Shown: positions 15,156 to 27,200 of the stretch, in pieces | How positions within the stretch are numbered: the stretch's first letter is position 1 | Layout: each line of letters opens with the position of its first letter | Source: Leidyana gryllorum EB-2025a | Lineage: Eukaryota; Protista; Apicomplexa | Reading direction: 5' to 3' | NCBI GenBank assembly: GCA_048772705.1 | Contig: JBLWGC010000177.1 | Coordinates: 93,710 to 157,709, forward strand | Length of the DNA stretch: 64,000 nucleotides | Made by a program: the position numbers and the translations under genes | Notes under the pieces: generated by a model | What the model was told of the DNA's origin: nothing | What the model saw: the letters and a program-made list of their open reading frames with translations, nothing else | Databases searched by the model: none

Positions 15156-16011
15156 ATGAAAGCATCGTCGTCGTCTCAACCACAACAAGCTCCTCCTCCC
15201 CCCCCTCCTCCCCCGTGTTCCCCTGTATCTGAGCTTGGCGCCTCGTTATCAGCTCCGCCAGGATCCTTTCCTCCCCCACCCAGTCGGAAACCACTCCCAA
15301 GTCGAAAACCAATAACAATTATCAAGAGGCCCAAGCTACCCAGAGGTCAAGCACCGTCACCCGACGAAACACCAGGAGCTGCGAGCGATGATCCCACACT
15401 ATATGCCCCTGGTGATAACGGTGAGCAGAGAGTTTTGTTCAATCACACTACTATGTCTGTCTGTATTGCAGTGCACCCAGGCTTGCGAGCCGCTAGTGAA
15501 CTTGAGTCTGAGCCCGAGGCGCGCCGTGGTGCCTTGGGCTTTAAATCTCTCGAAGAGAGAGTGCGAGCGGTAGGACTCCATTCTTTCGACTGAGCCTTCA
15601 ATTTCGAAATTACAGTATGAAGAAGCGAAGCGACGGATATGGACGGAACAGCATTTGCCCCCTCTCGCTGCTGAGGGGGCGGCAGCGGCTACGAGTGGTG
15701 TCCGTTCTTCGTCTTCTACAGCAGCAGCAGCAGGCGAACCGCAGTGGGGCACTAACCGTTCGCAAACACCACCCGCCCCTATAGAATATGAAGTTAATCA
15801 GCCGCCGACGAACTGGGGCCCTCATCAGCCGCTGTTGTACGGACAGCCGCCGAACTGGTTGTGGCAGGGCGGAGGCGACAATCGGGGGGTTCATTATATG
15901 GGTCTGATGCCCCCTTCTTCTGCTGAGTATGTGGTACACCGCCAAGCTCCCCCACCCAGCCCGGCAGAAAGTGATCTCATGTGGCGTGGTTGGGCAGCTG
16001 GTGGGTCATAG
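15156..16011 (+). CDS. SUZ-domain protein (putative RNA binding)
   Basis: ITIIKRP...KSLEERVRAYEEAKRRIW appears after removing introns 15421-15480 and 15570-15615. Pro-rich flanks. Confidence 0.75.
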
Positions 16012-16049
16012 GGTGTATACATGTCTGAACCTCTTTTTTTCGCTACGAA

Positions 16050-17009
16050 ATGGTGGCCACAAAGACCACACTGGGGGCGCCAATTCTGGCCCGTGAAGAT
16101 GATGCCCTCTTTTGTGACTCTATTCAACCAGATACGTCGTTTACCTCCTCAGAGTTAGCATCCGAAGCAATTCTGCGACTCCTCCTACTGGCAGGTATAG
16201 TCGTCATTGACATACTCGTGCCTCAAGCCTTCCGACGACAAGTCGTTGGCAACAACTGGGCCAACTATGCGTATCCGTACACCCCCGTCGAGACTATATC
16301 CTTCCCGTCACTATTGCTCGTCGGGCTTACGATCCCTCCCATCCTTGTGCTCGCAGCCACTCTTTTGACACAACGCCCCGGGAAAAGACGCATTGTCTTT
16401 CTCAACTTTGTACTCGCCATCACCCTCAGCATATGCTTGAGCGAGTGCCTCACCTCACTGGTCAAGAAGAGCTTCGGCCAACTCCGCCCTGACTACCTGT
16501 CGCGCTGCTTTGGCACCCCCGATGTATACAAGTACCTGGCCGACGCCAACATGACCTTCGCCGACCTTCCGCCCTTCCCGGTGTGCGTCGCAGGGGCGGG
16601 CCCACAACTCATGGAAGAAGCGCGACTATCCTTTCCCTCTGGACACAGTGCATACGCGGCCGCTACATTCGGGGTTTTGGCAATGTGGTTGTACTCGTAC
16701 ATTCCGACACAGTTCGTCATTATCATACCGTCGGTCCGTCTAGTCGCAGGAATGGTCGCTGCTACGTTCCCGTTCTATGTTGCTGTCTCACGCACAGCCG
16801 ACTACCGCCACCATCCTAGCGATGTGATCGCTGGCCTTCTCCTGGGCTTCGTTGTGGCCTTCTTCTCATATCGAGTGTACCATCGTCCTACTCGTCCGCA
16901 ACAGCCTCTTCTCCTCAATCTCGCCAAGGAAACTTGGAATCAAGAACAAGAAACCACCAGCCCCTTCGTGGACAATACACCGACCACCAGAGGGCCTCTG
17001 GACGTATGA
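16050..17009 (+). CDS. PAP2-family lipid phosphate / phosphatidate phosphatase
   Basis: All three catalytic motifs are present: KKSFGQLRP, SFPSGHS and SRTADYRHHPSDV. About 6 hydrophobic segments. Confidence 0.93.
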   Translation: MVATKTTLGAPILAREDDALFCDSIQPDTSFTSSELASEAILRLLLLAGIVVIDILVPQAFRRQVVGNNWANYAYPYTPVETISFPSLLLVGLTIPPILVLAATLLTQRPGKRRIVFLNFVLAITLSICLSECLTSLVKKSFGQLRPDYLSRCFGTPDVYKYLADANMTFADLPPFPVCVAGAGPQLMEEARLSFPSGHSAYAAATFGVLAMWLYSYIPTQFVIIIPSVRLVAGMVAATFPFYVAVSRTADYRHHPSDVIAGLLLGFVVAFFSYRVYHRPTRPQQPLLLNLAKETWNQEQETTSPFVDNTPTTRGPLDV

Positions 17010-17284
17010 CACGGCGCCCCTTCCCTACTACGGTGGCTCCGGACCCCCTTGAACCACATACAAACGGATGCGATCGCCCTGACAGTGAACACGCCAATGG
17101 CAACATCAAACCCGAAGCATCACTCACTTTTCGGATCTGCTGATTTGCAAATCTGTCGTGTTCCATTCCCAACCGCTTTAACGGAACCACGATCGGTGCA
17201 TTCTTATCCAACACCGTAATATGAAGTCCAAGTAGGGTAATGGCTCGTTCAACCTTGCCTGAAACAAGAACGAGGAGATGCAGA

Positions 17285-18595
17285 TTAGTAAGTAGAGTAA
17301 GTAGCTGCGATGAGGCAGGTGGGCTCGCAGCTTTTACAGAATACGTGTGTGTGCGGGCCGAAGTCAAGCACACACGACTGCATTGCTCACCTCCGTTTTG
17401 TGCCAAATATGTCGACCGTGACACTACTAAGCTCTCCCCGCAGTACTTGGACTCCTTCAACTGCCATTGAGGGCCATATACATCTGTTTTCGAGCAAGGG
17501 AATTGAAGGGTTGATCAGTGTGGTGTTCGTCCACTCACCGAACGTTGGTAAAGGGTCCGCAGCCCGAGTGCGGAAAGTATCGAAGTCGAACCTGTTGTGG
17601 GCGGACATTGTTGAGGGGTGGGTCGACAATAATCGGGAGAGCTCACCAGAGGGTGTTAGGTTCTTCGAGTGGGCACTTTTGGCCGTATTCGCGCGGGGGG
17701 TTGTGCTTAGGTGTGATGAATTTGGGCGGATGCCAGACCAATGATTTCGGATCTAAGACGCCAAGGGCATTACACAAGTTGATTGGAATTTCGAGTCTAT
17801 CGTAGACACAGACTTCGGGAACGAAGGGTCCCCCCACAACGAGAATTTCGTCGCCATGAAATCTGGTGTTGTCCTTTCTGAACCAGAGGTTTCGTCTCGT
17901 CCCATAGGGTTTGACTTCGACGCGGAAGGAGGTGCGGAGTCGGCGGTCAGCGGGAGATTTGGCACAGGGAGGTTGTGGAGAGTCGCATGAGGGCCTGGGC
18001 GACGGTTGTAATAGGGAGGAGCTGTAGGCGATCTCAAGGCATTTGCCCTTACAGGACGGGAGGACCTGAGGGGTGGTTTGAGATATGAGTGTTATTGCGG
18101 GTAGTCAGTCACCTTGGCAAAGATGAGAAGGTCCGCTCGTATGCCGAAATCCTCAATATAGAGGGGCTGTATGGCGAAGTCGAAGCATTCAAGTTCAAGG
18201 TGGTCTCGATAAGTGATCGCGAATGAATCAGTGATAGGCTTAACCCATACGTCGAGGATGAATTTGTGAATAGTGACAAACCAATGAGGACAAACCTCGA
18301 GCAGTTTAGGCAACGTCGGGTCGCAAACGTATGGCAAGAAATGCTGCAATGTCTCGGGATTCAGGAATGGCTTATGATTCCGGGGATCGCCGTATACTTC
18401 ATACTGAATAGGCTCGGGTTCGATAGATCCTTTTTCTTCAGTGAGCCTATATCTTGGCAAATACGACACTGCAGAAGCCCGAGGGCGGCCTGACTTGAGC
18501 AACACCTCCTGCATTTTATTGAAAGGCAACACTATCCGTCGGTTGGCGAAGAAGGGCCCTCGCAGCAAGTCATCCTTGCTTTCGCCCTGCCCCAT
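17285..18595 (-). CDS. Hypothetical protein with N-myristoylation motif (MGQGES)
   Basis: ATG 18595. Introns 18066-18112, 17592-17646 and 17331-17390 give one open frame to TAA at 17285-17287. No family recognised. Confidence 0.7.
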
Positions 18596-18639
18596 GACCC
18601 GATTTTTTTCCACCCCCCCTTTTGGACAATGCTTTGACA

Positions 18640-21600
18640 ATGTCATCAGCTTCTCTCAAAGGTGGCCCTGCACTCTTGCAACGGTCCCGTTCGGGACGAA
18701 CAGCACAAGATGCTCTGGGCTTGGACACTGTACCATCCACCATGATGGTAACTCCTGGTGGTGAGCTCCTATTGAGAGCCGTTGTCGCATATAATGTCGT
18801 TAATATGGTGCTTCGCTATCTGTGAATGTAACTCGCTATGGCTCTATGGCCCTATGACCCCAGGGGTCTGTGGCGCTTGTCTCTATCCAATACTCTACCC
18901 GCCGTCTCCTCTGCTTTTCCGCCGTCTCCTCTGCTTTCCCGCCGCCTCCTCCCTCTCCACCGCCCCCGGTCGACTGCAGCTGTCTCAGGTGGTGGTGTTC
19001 ACCGATCACTCCAGCGGAAACTGTCTGCCGAGTTTGGATTGGTGGTTATATCAGATCCAGTTAAAGAGCGGATTCGCAACGTTGAGGTTGAAGAAGCTCT
19101 GCATCAGATCCAAGCAGGTTCCACTTTGCTGAAATACTGCAGCGGGCGATTCAAATCAGTGAGTTTGAGCAGCTGAGTACGTCTCCGACAGACCGAGCGA
19201 CCCTCTTTTTGACAGCCACATGAGAGACACTTCTATGTGGATCTCGATTTGATGATTATTCGGTGGTTGAGTCCCAACAAATCGGTGACAGAGTCACAGA
19301 TTTACCTCTCCGACATTGCCCGAATCGTGCCTGGCACGGACAGCGACTTTTGGCGAGTGAGTGTGCCCGCGGTTTCGACCGGTGTCTCTGTTTTACAGAA
19401 CATTTCCGACAGCTCCGAAGCGACAAAGAGCGAAGCGACCTTGGAATAGAGATACTGGCGGGAGTTCGGAAGTTGCGAGTGGCGTGCAAGGACGAGTGTG
19501 AATGGAAGCTTTGGTTCACTGGGCTGTTGTATGCCCAGCAGCGATCGATCACGAGTCTCCAGGGAGAAGGGAGTTTGTCGAGCAGCTTCATCCGGAAACA
19601 GTGGGATCTGACCGACCGAAATAGGGACGGAAAGGTTCAATTCGACGAGGTACTTATCCTACTTAAGCGTCTGAACTGCAAGTTAGTGGTCAATTCATTT
19701 TCTGCCCACTCGACTGATTGCTGCCTTAGCACCGATATCGGCTATGCTTCCGAACTGTTCAAATCTGCAATTGCAACCCGCGACCGCGACGCGGACGGTC
19801 TGACCTTTGAGGAATTTAAGATAGTGAGCGAACCGCGGGTATACTTTGTGTGTATCCCTCCATTGTGCACTCAGATGTTGCAAAGGCTACTCACACACGT
19901 TGATGTGATGTCGTACTTTGAGCATTATATCAAAGGGGATATGGGGAAAGATCGCGTCATGTCTGTGGAATCCTATATAGAGTTCCTCAAAGAGGTGCAG
20001 GGGGCCGATCAATCCGAGATTGACCGCTCAGTCCGGATTCTGCGAACCCTTTCAGGACCCTTCGCCGCACATGACGAGAGCTACATAACAGATTTGGGGT
20101 TCAATGCCCTCATAACAGGCGAATTCAACTCCATATTCGACCCCCAAAAGCAACGCAAGTACCAGGATATGTCCAGACCCATCACCGACTACTATATTGC
20201 TAGCAGTCACAATACCTATTTGACAAGTAATTCTCAAATGCAAAAATCGGGCTCCCATCCCTTTCCGCAGGTGATCAGGTTGTCGGTCGCTCGGCGGTGG
20301 GCCAATACATCGAAGTGCTATTGACTGGATGTCGATGCGTCGAATTGGACTGTTGGGACGGTCCCGATGGAGAGCCTGTGATCTTTCACGGATATACATT
20401 GACTTCCAAGATCCCCTTCGAAGCAGTGGTGAAGGCATGTAGAGACTACGGATTTAAGGTACCCTTCGTCGCCACACACTTACTGCCGTCTCTCAGAGAA
20501 ATCCCTATCCAATCATATTGTCATTGGAAATGCACTGCTCGGCCCGTCAGAAGGCCAGAATTGGCGACATCCTCCACGAAGTGTTGGGGAACTCCTTGCA
20601 TGTTCTTACCGAATGTGAGCACCAAATGAATCCCACCCCTCCTATCGCCTCGCAGTGGACAAGCATCAACCGCCGTCTCCTGAGAGCCTCAAGTACCGCT
20701 TCCTCGTCAAAGGAAAGGTCCTCGGCGAAGGAGACGTGGAAGAAGAAGAAGAAGGAAACGAAGACGACCTGCAGGCAGAAGAAACTGAAATTCGACAACA
20801 ACTCCTCAATGAATTCCCTCAAGCTTTCTGTGTTGACATAGACTTACCAAATCTCGTACTCCCCCCTAAAGGCATGGGAGACATAATGGTGCAAACAGCC
20901 CGCGACAAATCTGGAGATCGCGAAACTTCCGGCTCCGATGCACGGCGCGGGCCCTCCTCTACGAGTGAGCCGGGCATTTTCATGGGTCTGATCGCCCTCC
21001 ACCTGTCTGTGTCTGTGTCTCCCCACCTGTGTCTGTGTCTATGTTCACCACCTGTGTCTGTCTCCCCTCCACCTGTGTCTGTCTCCCTTCCACCTGTGTG
21101 TGTCTCCCCTCCACCTGTGTGTGTGTCTCCCCCACTTGTCTAACGTCTCCTGCTTTGATAGGATCCGCCGACGACTTGAGTCATTATTACGAAGCCATCT
21201 GTTTGCCCGGCAAAAAGTTGAGGAGCTTCGACGATCGCAGTCGACATGGTAAGCCGTAGAGTTGGGTTCTTATTGGCAAGGCTGAGCAGCAATGCACGTA
21301 TGTACATTCAATGAGCGCAGGTTGATGCGACTCTACAAGTTGGAGGCGCCGCAATTGGTCAAATTCCATCACGACTATCTGTCTAGAATATACCCGGCGG
21401 GTACCCGTGTCATGTCTTCTAATTACAATCCAATCTTTTGCTGGTCGGTCGGCTGCCAGATGGTTGCACTTAATTACCAAGTGAGTGTCCACTTGACTCA
21501 ATGTCTCATTAACACCGCCCGGCCGATCTCGCAGGCGGTTGGTATGGCTCTGTTACTCAATGTGGGCCGATTCAATGAAAACGGCAACATGGGCTACGTC

Positions 21601-22235
21601 CTGAAACCGCCCATTCTCACTGATAGTAGCATCTCGAGCTTCGATCCTCACAGATTGGACCCGGCAGTGCTCGAGCGCGGGGGAGAAGAGCCCTGCATGA
21701 TAACATTACAGGTGGGCCCCACTGATCACAATCAGCTCTGGAACATCCACCTTCCTGTCCAGATCTTGGCTGGACAACAATTACCAAGACTCAAAGTGCG
21801 TGACGATGATGGGCGGAAACGGGATATGGCCTGCCCCTCGGTCACCGTGTCTGTACAAGGGGTACCCGGCGATACCACGACAAAAAAGACGACTTCCGTC
21901 AGCAATAATGGCCTGAACCCTCGCTGGAACAATCAAGTGTTGGAGTAAGTTTGATCTATGTGCGTGTGTGTGTGTATCTGACACGGGACCTTCTCAGTTT
22001 CGTAATTGCCGTACCATCTTTGGCAATAATGGTATTTGAGGTTCGTCATAGTGACAATGCCCGTTCGGAGTACTTGGCTGGGAACGCTATTCCGGTGAAT
22101 TGTATTCGACCTGGGCTTAGATGGGTGCCCCTCTATGATGCGCATGGTCGTTATGTTCGATGGTCCGGTCTAATAGTGCACGCCAAAAAAACCCCAACTG
22201 TTCTGGACAAAGCCCGGTTTGAGCTGAGTTCGTAG
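18640..22235 (+). CDS. PLC: Phosphoinositide-specific phospholipase C (PH-EF-X-Y-C2)
   Basis: [82 protein letters not shown] and C2 motifs NNGLNPRWN and [10 protein letters not shown]. 13 GT-AG introns were inferred, e.g. 18761-18988, 19159-19215, 19357-19412, 19682-19729, 20227-20270, 20965-21161 and 21945-21997. The start at 18640 is inferred from phase-compatible splicing. Confidence 0.95.
20997..21140. repeat. Intronic minisatellite, about 21-bp unit CCACCTGTGT(C/G)TGTCTCCCCT, about 6 degenerate copies
   Basis: Tandem units are directly visible inside PLC intron 20965-21161. Confidence 0.85.
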
Positions 22236-22316
22236 TTGAGATCTAAGATAACATACGGTGATACTGACCCATGTGTACGGTGTCATTTTGGAAAAATAGT
22301 TTTTTGGGTTATACCA

Positions 22317-23720
22317 ATGAGATCTGTGGTTCTTCCCCTGGTGGCCCTTGCGGTCGGACCCGCGACGGCCGTTGACATTATAGCTCACCGAGGGTTCAGT
22401 GGAGCGTACCCTGAATCGACCAGTGCCGCAAACATCGCGGCCGTGAAAGAGGGGGCGGATTGGCTGGAGTGTGACGTAGTGCCCTCCAAGGACGGCGTTG
22501 TGTACTGCAGTCATGAGCCCCATCTGGCCGAGCTTAATTCGGATATCACCCGCTTCAAGCATCGTGAGAGATTCCCATTGGATGGTATCCGCAGGGCCAC
22601 TGTGGAAAGAGCACCAGATGGGAACTACTACAATACTGTTGAAGGCTGGTTCTTCAGCGACTATAACTCGGTTGACATTGATGAGCTGAAGGTCGCTCAG
22701 CGGTACATGGAGAGAGATCAATCCAACAGCCTGGCAGAACCATTCCTGAAATTGAAAGATTTCATCAAATTCGCTCGAAGTGAAAAAGTTGGACTCTATA
22801 TCGAGCCAAAGCATTCTGACTGGTTTTATGACGTTGCCGGCATCGAGCTTAATATGCTCATTGTAAAGGAACTGGTGGAAGGTTTCGGGGGCGAGCTTGT
22901 TGATGCTTCAGCGGACGAAATCCCTGAGATCGATCTCGAAGCACTCAACCCCCCCAACTCGGAACTTGCCATGTGGAAAGAGACTCTGGAAAGCGCTAAA
23001 GCAAAGGCAGAGGGGAAGAAAGTTGTATTCCCCAAGAACGCGTTCGATATTCCAGTTGTGATCGAAAGTTTCCTATACGAAGATTTGGCTTTTTACAAAT
23101 ACATTGGCTGGGCCGATCAGCAACCCACCTGTGCACTCACGTGGGATGCCAGGGGCCTCCCTACCTCCAACTGGGGTGAAACCTACCTCAAGGGGGAGAA
23201 ATTCGTTGACTCCAATGAGAACAGCGACGAAGACTGGCAAGACGACTCTGGGCCTTCACTCAGATCTGTCGCCGTAAACGCTGCCAGCATGAAAGCAGTC
23301 AACGCCAAGTACCTCGGACCCGATAAGAACCTCCTCATTACGCACGAGGATCTCGTGTCCACTGCTCACAAGGAGAAGATCCAGGTCCATATCTGGACGC
23401 TTCGCAACGACAACGCGAACCATGTTGCCCGTGGCCCCTGGCCCCCTGCAGCGGATGCGGCTACTGCGTCAGAGTACGAAAAGATGCCAAAGACCATTGT
23501 CGCCCGCGATGCCAACATCCCTAAACAATTCCGATCCTGTGTGACTCGCGAACTGGACTACTTTGTGGAGGCTGGAGTGGACGGAATTTTCACAGACAAC
23601 GTCAACACTCTCAATTTGTATCTAAAGAGGCAAAGGGCCAACAACAGCGGTATTTCCCCGTCCTTCATCGGCGGCATCATTACCTCTGTTTTGTCACTGC
23701 TGGCCATACTTGCTTTCTGA
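22317..23720 (+). CDS. Glycerophosphodiester phosphodiesterase (GDPD), secreted and probably GPI-anchored
   Basis: Signal peptide MRSVVLPLVALAVGPATA. Motifs IIAHRG, GADWLECDVVPSKDG..CSHE, YIEPK, VHIWTLRND and GVDGIFTD. The hydrophobic C-terminus has no cytosolic tail. Confidence 0.92.
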   Translation: MRSVVLPLVALAVGPATAVDIIAHRGFSGAYPESTSAANIAAVKEGADWLECDVVPSKDGVVYCSHEPHLAELNSDITRFKHRERFPLDGIRRATVERAPDGNYYNTVEGWFFSDYNSVDIDELKVAQRYMERDQSNSLAEPFLKLKDFIKFARSEKVGLYIEPKHSDWFYDVAGIELNMLIVKELVEGFGGELVDASADEIPEIDLEALNPPNSELAMWKETLESAKAKAEGKKVVFPKNAFDIPVVIESFLYEDLAFYKYIGWADQQPTCALTWDARGLPTSNWGETYLKGEKFVDSNENSDEDWQDDSGPSLRSVAVNAASMKAVNAKYLGPDKNLLITHEDLVSTAHKEKIQVHIWTLRNDNANHVARGPWPPAADAATASEYEKMPKTIVARDANIPKQFRSCVTRELDYFVEAGVDGIFTDNVNTLNLYLKRQRANNSGISPSFIGGIITSVLSLLAILAF

Positions 23721-24202
23721 TCGATGCACCGTATCACATTCTGGTTCAAAGTTCCCGTAGCCCGACTGTGTCCATCTAAGAGCGAAGAAAAGGGCTACTT
23801 TTGCGACCAAACTGATAACGAAAGATAGTACGACCAGGTTAGGCAGTCGTAGGATCAAAACACACAGAACACACACACACCGAGACCACGCACAACACAC
23901 CAACAACATACACACTCTTCCATTGACCTTAACTCATCGGTGTCGGAGAAGCGCGCTACGAAGTTGGTACCCCCGACTAGCCTCAGTCAGAGTTTTCTGG
24001 AAGCTTCAACAGCTCCGCCGCGGGTCATAGTTGGCGAGAAACTGCGGCATGCGCATTCACATTTACGCTTGGTTTCAGCACTTTAGCAGTTGGGCGATGA
24101 GTCGCTGGCGGGTGGTAGCTGGAGCTGGGCATATTTATAGAACCAATAGACCTACCACTTTTTTGGGTGTGTGGCTTTTTAGGAGATCGCTATGTGTTTG
24201 AT

Positions 24203-27200
24203 ATGGAAGGCGAGTGTACATATTATGAAGAAGAGGCAGTATCATCTTCGGACAGAGCGTCATATAATGATGCGACGGAGGCCACAATTGACCGGCTGAT
24301 CGGTAGTATGTTATCACTAGATCGCGATGAGCGTGATGCGTGTGAAAAGGAGATTGAGTCCCTGGCGAGCCCTGAGCGGTTGGCAAAGCTGCTCCTCAGT
24401 CTGGCCCATTACGGTTGCAGAGGTGCCTTTGCGGAGCGTCTTGCGGTCAGCGAGTCTGCTTCTTATCGAGCTGGCGTCGATGATGAGGACGGGTCCCGTC
24501 GACTCTTCTTCAGCGACGACGAGACTGGTACTCCTCAGGGGGGGCGAGGGTACCGGATGTGTCTGACTCCCGCATCGGACCGCCCGCTTTTTGGGGGTGG
24601 TCCGCCAGCGCTTACTCCGTGTCACCATACGGCATCACCGATAACCTTCAGAACCTCGAGAGAGTTTGGTGACCGGTCAACTGCCCACTTGGGAGGCGAC
24701 GGGAAGGAAATGGAGGAGTCGGATACGTTCACTCCGAGTATAGTGCGGGGGAAGTCGTTTGAAGCCGCCTTTTCCCCGCCACGGCGGTTGTGGAGTCCGG
24801 AGAACGAGGACACCGCAAAGCAAAAGCGTGAGTTGAGCTTCATAGTTCTGAGAAAGTATGTGGTGAGTGGGTGGAGCGATCTGAGTGAGGTGACCAAGGA
24901 GAGCCTCCGTAATGTGCTCTTGAACAATTATGTGAGTGTGAGTAGATGCGATTCCAAGAGACTGGGGCCGATTATGACGAATGTAATTGCCGTCGTTGCC
25001 AAGCTCGGGGGTTCTTTGAAACATTGGAAGGGGTTCATAGAAACGATCCAACTGACCTTACAAGAGCTTTACAACAAGTCTCACCATGACGACTTGTACA
25101 ATGTCCTATGTCTGTTGCTGGAAATGAGTCAGGTGGACTCTTATAATAAGGTGGTGGATACCGCTCGGCCTCCCTCGTCCCCCCCGGACCATCTGGCCGG
25201 CTCCTACTCACTCATCGCGTTCGACCTGCTCGATGCGGAGTATGGGCTGCAAACAGCCTTTCTGCACATGGGCAAAGGAATGAAGCAATATCGCTTCACG
25301 TCCCTCCGCGAGGTGAGTGTCGTCCGTATGGTCCCACCTGTGTCTTTTGCTCCGCCAGGAAGACACATTGCCGGCCAAGTGTCGCCGGATCTGTTTGGAG
25401 ACACTGCGCAACGCACTGCAACGATTGACAGCTGTGCCGAGCCCAGGCGGGCGTCTGGGGAATGGGGTCTCGTTGGCGGCCCCGAAGTTCCTGAAAGCGC
25501 ATGTGGTTCCGAGATTTTATCTATGGGCGAAGATCTATGACGAGATAATGGATGAGTTGGTGGACAGTTGCACTGATATCGAGTGCATCAAGGGGGGGAT
25601 ATGTGTACTGAAGACGCATAAGCTGCTCTTGACAGAGAGTCTAAGCACTCACTTTGAGCCGTCCTACAATCTGATAGAACGATTTGTCAAACTCATCAGT
25701 CAGTGTCTCCAAGTTCTGAGAGCTTACTACAAGTATTTTGAGAATATGGTCATCAATGAAGCCGACTTTACGGGACAGATCGAGGAAGATGAAGACGGAG
25801 GACCCATCGCTTTCATCATCCATTTTGCTCACTTCTGTGCCAGCGCTGTATCCCGTCGGAAATTCCGCACTGTCGTAAGTAAATCTCTCGAGGAAATCAC
25901 AAATGTTCTTGCCTTGTTTGCTCAAGTCGTCGAAGCTCAGGTGAGACAGAGGGAGACAGAGACACATCACTATCACACTATCACTGCCCTCCACTACCCC
26001 CCTCGTCCCCACTTTCCATGTGATCCTCTTTGCAGAAAGCTCAATGGTCGAAAGATGCTGATATTTTCCTGGCGAGCGAGAACCCGTGTGCCTCATTCAA
26101 TGGAACCATCCGGGTGGCGGTGCACACATTCATTGAGCGAGTACTAAACTACTGTGGTCGTTCGGGAGCGACCCGAGTTCTCAGTGCTGCTAACGGTTTG
26201 GTGGACGGGCAACAAACTCGAGAGTGGAAGTTGCTCGAGGTTTCAATGTGGATATTAGGGATAGTGGTCCGCCGAGCTGAGCGTCTCCGGGCAATAGAAG
26301 ACGCGGTCATTCAAGCAGCCCTTATGAATATGGGCAGAATCCTCACTGATGAAAGTAATCAGTTTCTGAAAGCTCGTGCGCTCATGACGGCCAGCCGACT
26401 TCGCCCTTTTGTGGAAACCCGACATCCCTACGATGTACCCGCGATAGTCAAGATAGGCGTCAAATGCCTGAATGTCGAGTCGATGGTTCCCCTGAGAGTC
26501 TCAGGTCTCACCGCCATTGAAGCCTACTGGCCCACTTGCACTGCTGTCCTCAAAAGAGAGTTGGCTATCAACACCCCCTTAGGGAAGTCGTTGGCCGATA
26601 TAGCTGCAGACGAATCGTCTCAACTCATGCGCCTGAAAGGATTGGAGGCATGGAAAACGATAGTTAAGAAGTGGGAGGATTCCGACGGATCACAGGCTCT
26701 AAAGGAAGCCCTTCTCGCCACCGTCACCATCAGTTGGGAGAAAGCTGTGTGGGATCCCGATACCAAAAGCAGACTCCTCGATCTCATCACAGCGGTTCTG
26801 AGTGGATCCGACGTGAATATGAGGTAAGTAATGAAACCTCCATGCGCACACACTTTGCCCCCACCAACAGACGCTCGCTAGTCGCACACATTCTCACCGC
26901 TATCTCAGTGGGTGTATCGGATCGGAGCAACGGAGACGCGAACCGCATATTAAGTCTCGAGGCTTTTGTCGTCATTTGCCGACAGTGGGCGGGATCTTTC
27001 AATGAAGTGTTGTGGCAAAGTGCTCAGTGTATCACACGTATAGACCAATCAGACGACCTCGAAGACAGCAATGTGGTCCTGCCGCTGGGAGAGGCCATTG
27101 GGTGGATAATGCGGAAGGGTAGAGGACTGATGACAGTGGAATTGGTGAAACCAATTGCCGCTTGTCTCAGTCGGATACTGGTCGCTCGGAACATGAAACC

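Noticed and set aside
17010-17284. Two weak hairpins in the gap after PAP2 as a snoRNA
   Set aside because: The stems are short and I found no convincing H/ACA or C/D boxes. Convergent 3' UTRs are a sufficient explanation.
19678-19729. Possible GC-AG intron in PLC
   Set aside because: The canonical GTTAGT donor at 19682 gives the correct phase. All introns I modelled can be GT-AG.
23900-24030. In-frame TGA in a short minus ORF (MTRGGAVEASRKL*LRLVGG) as selenocysteine
   Set aside because: There is no selenoprotein-like motif and no identifiable SECIS.
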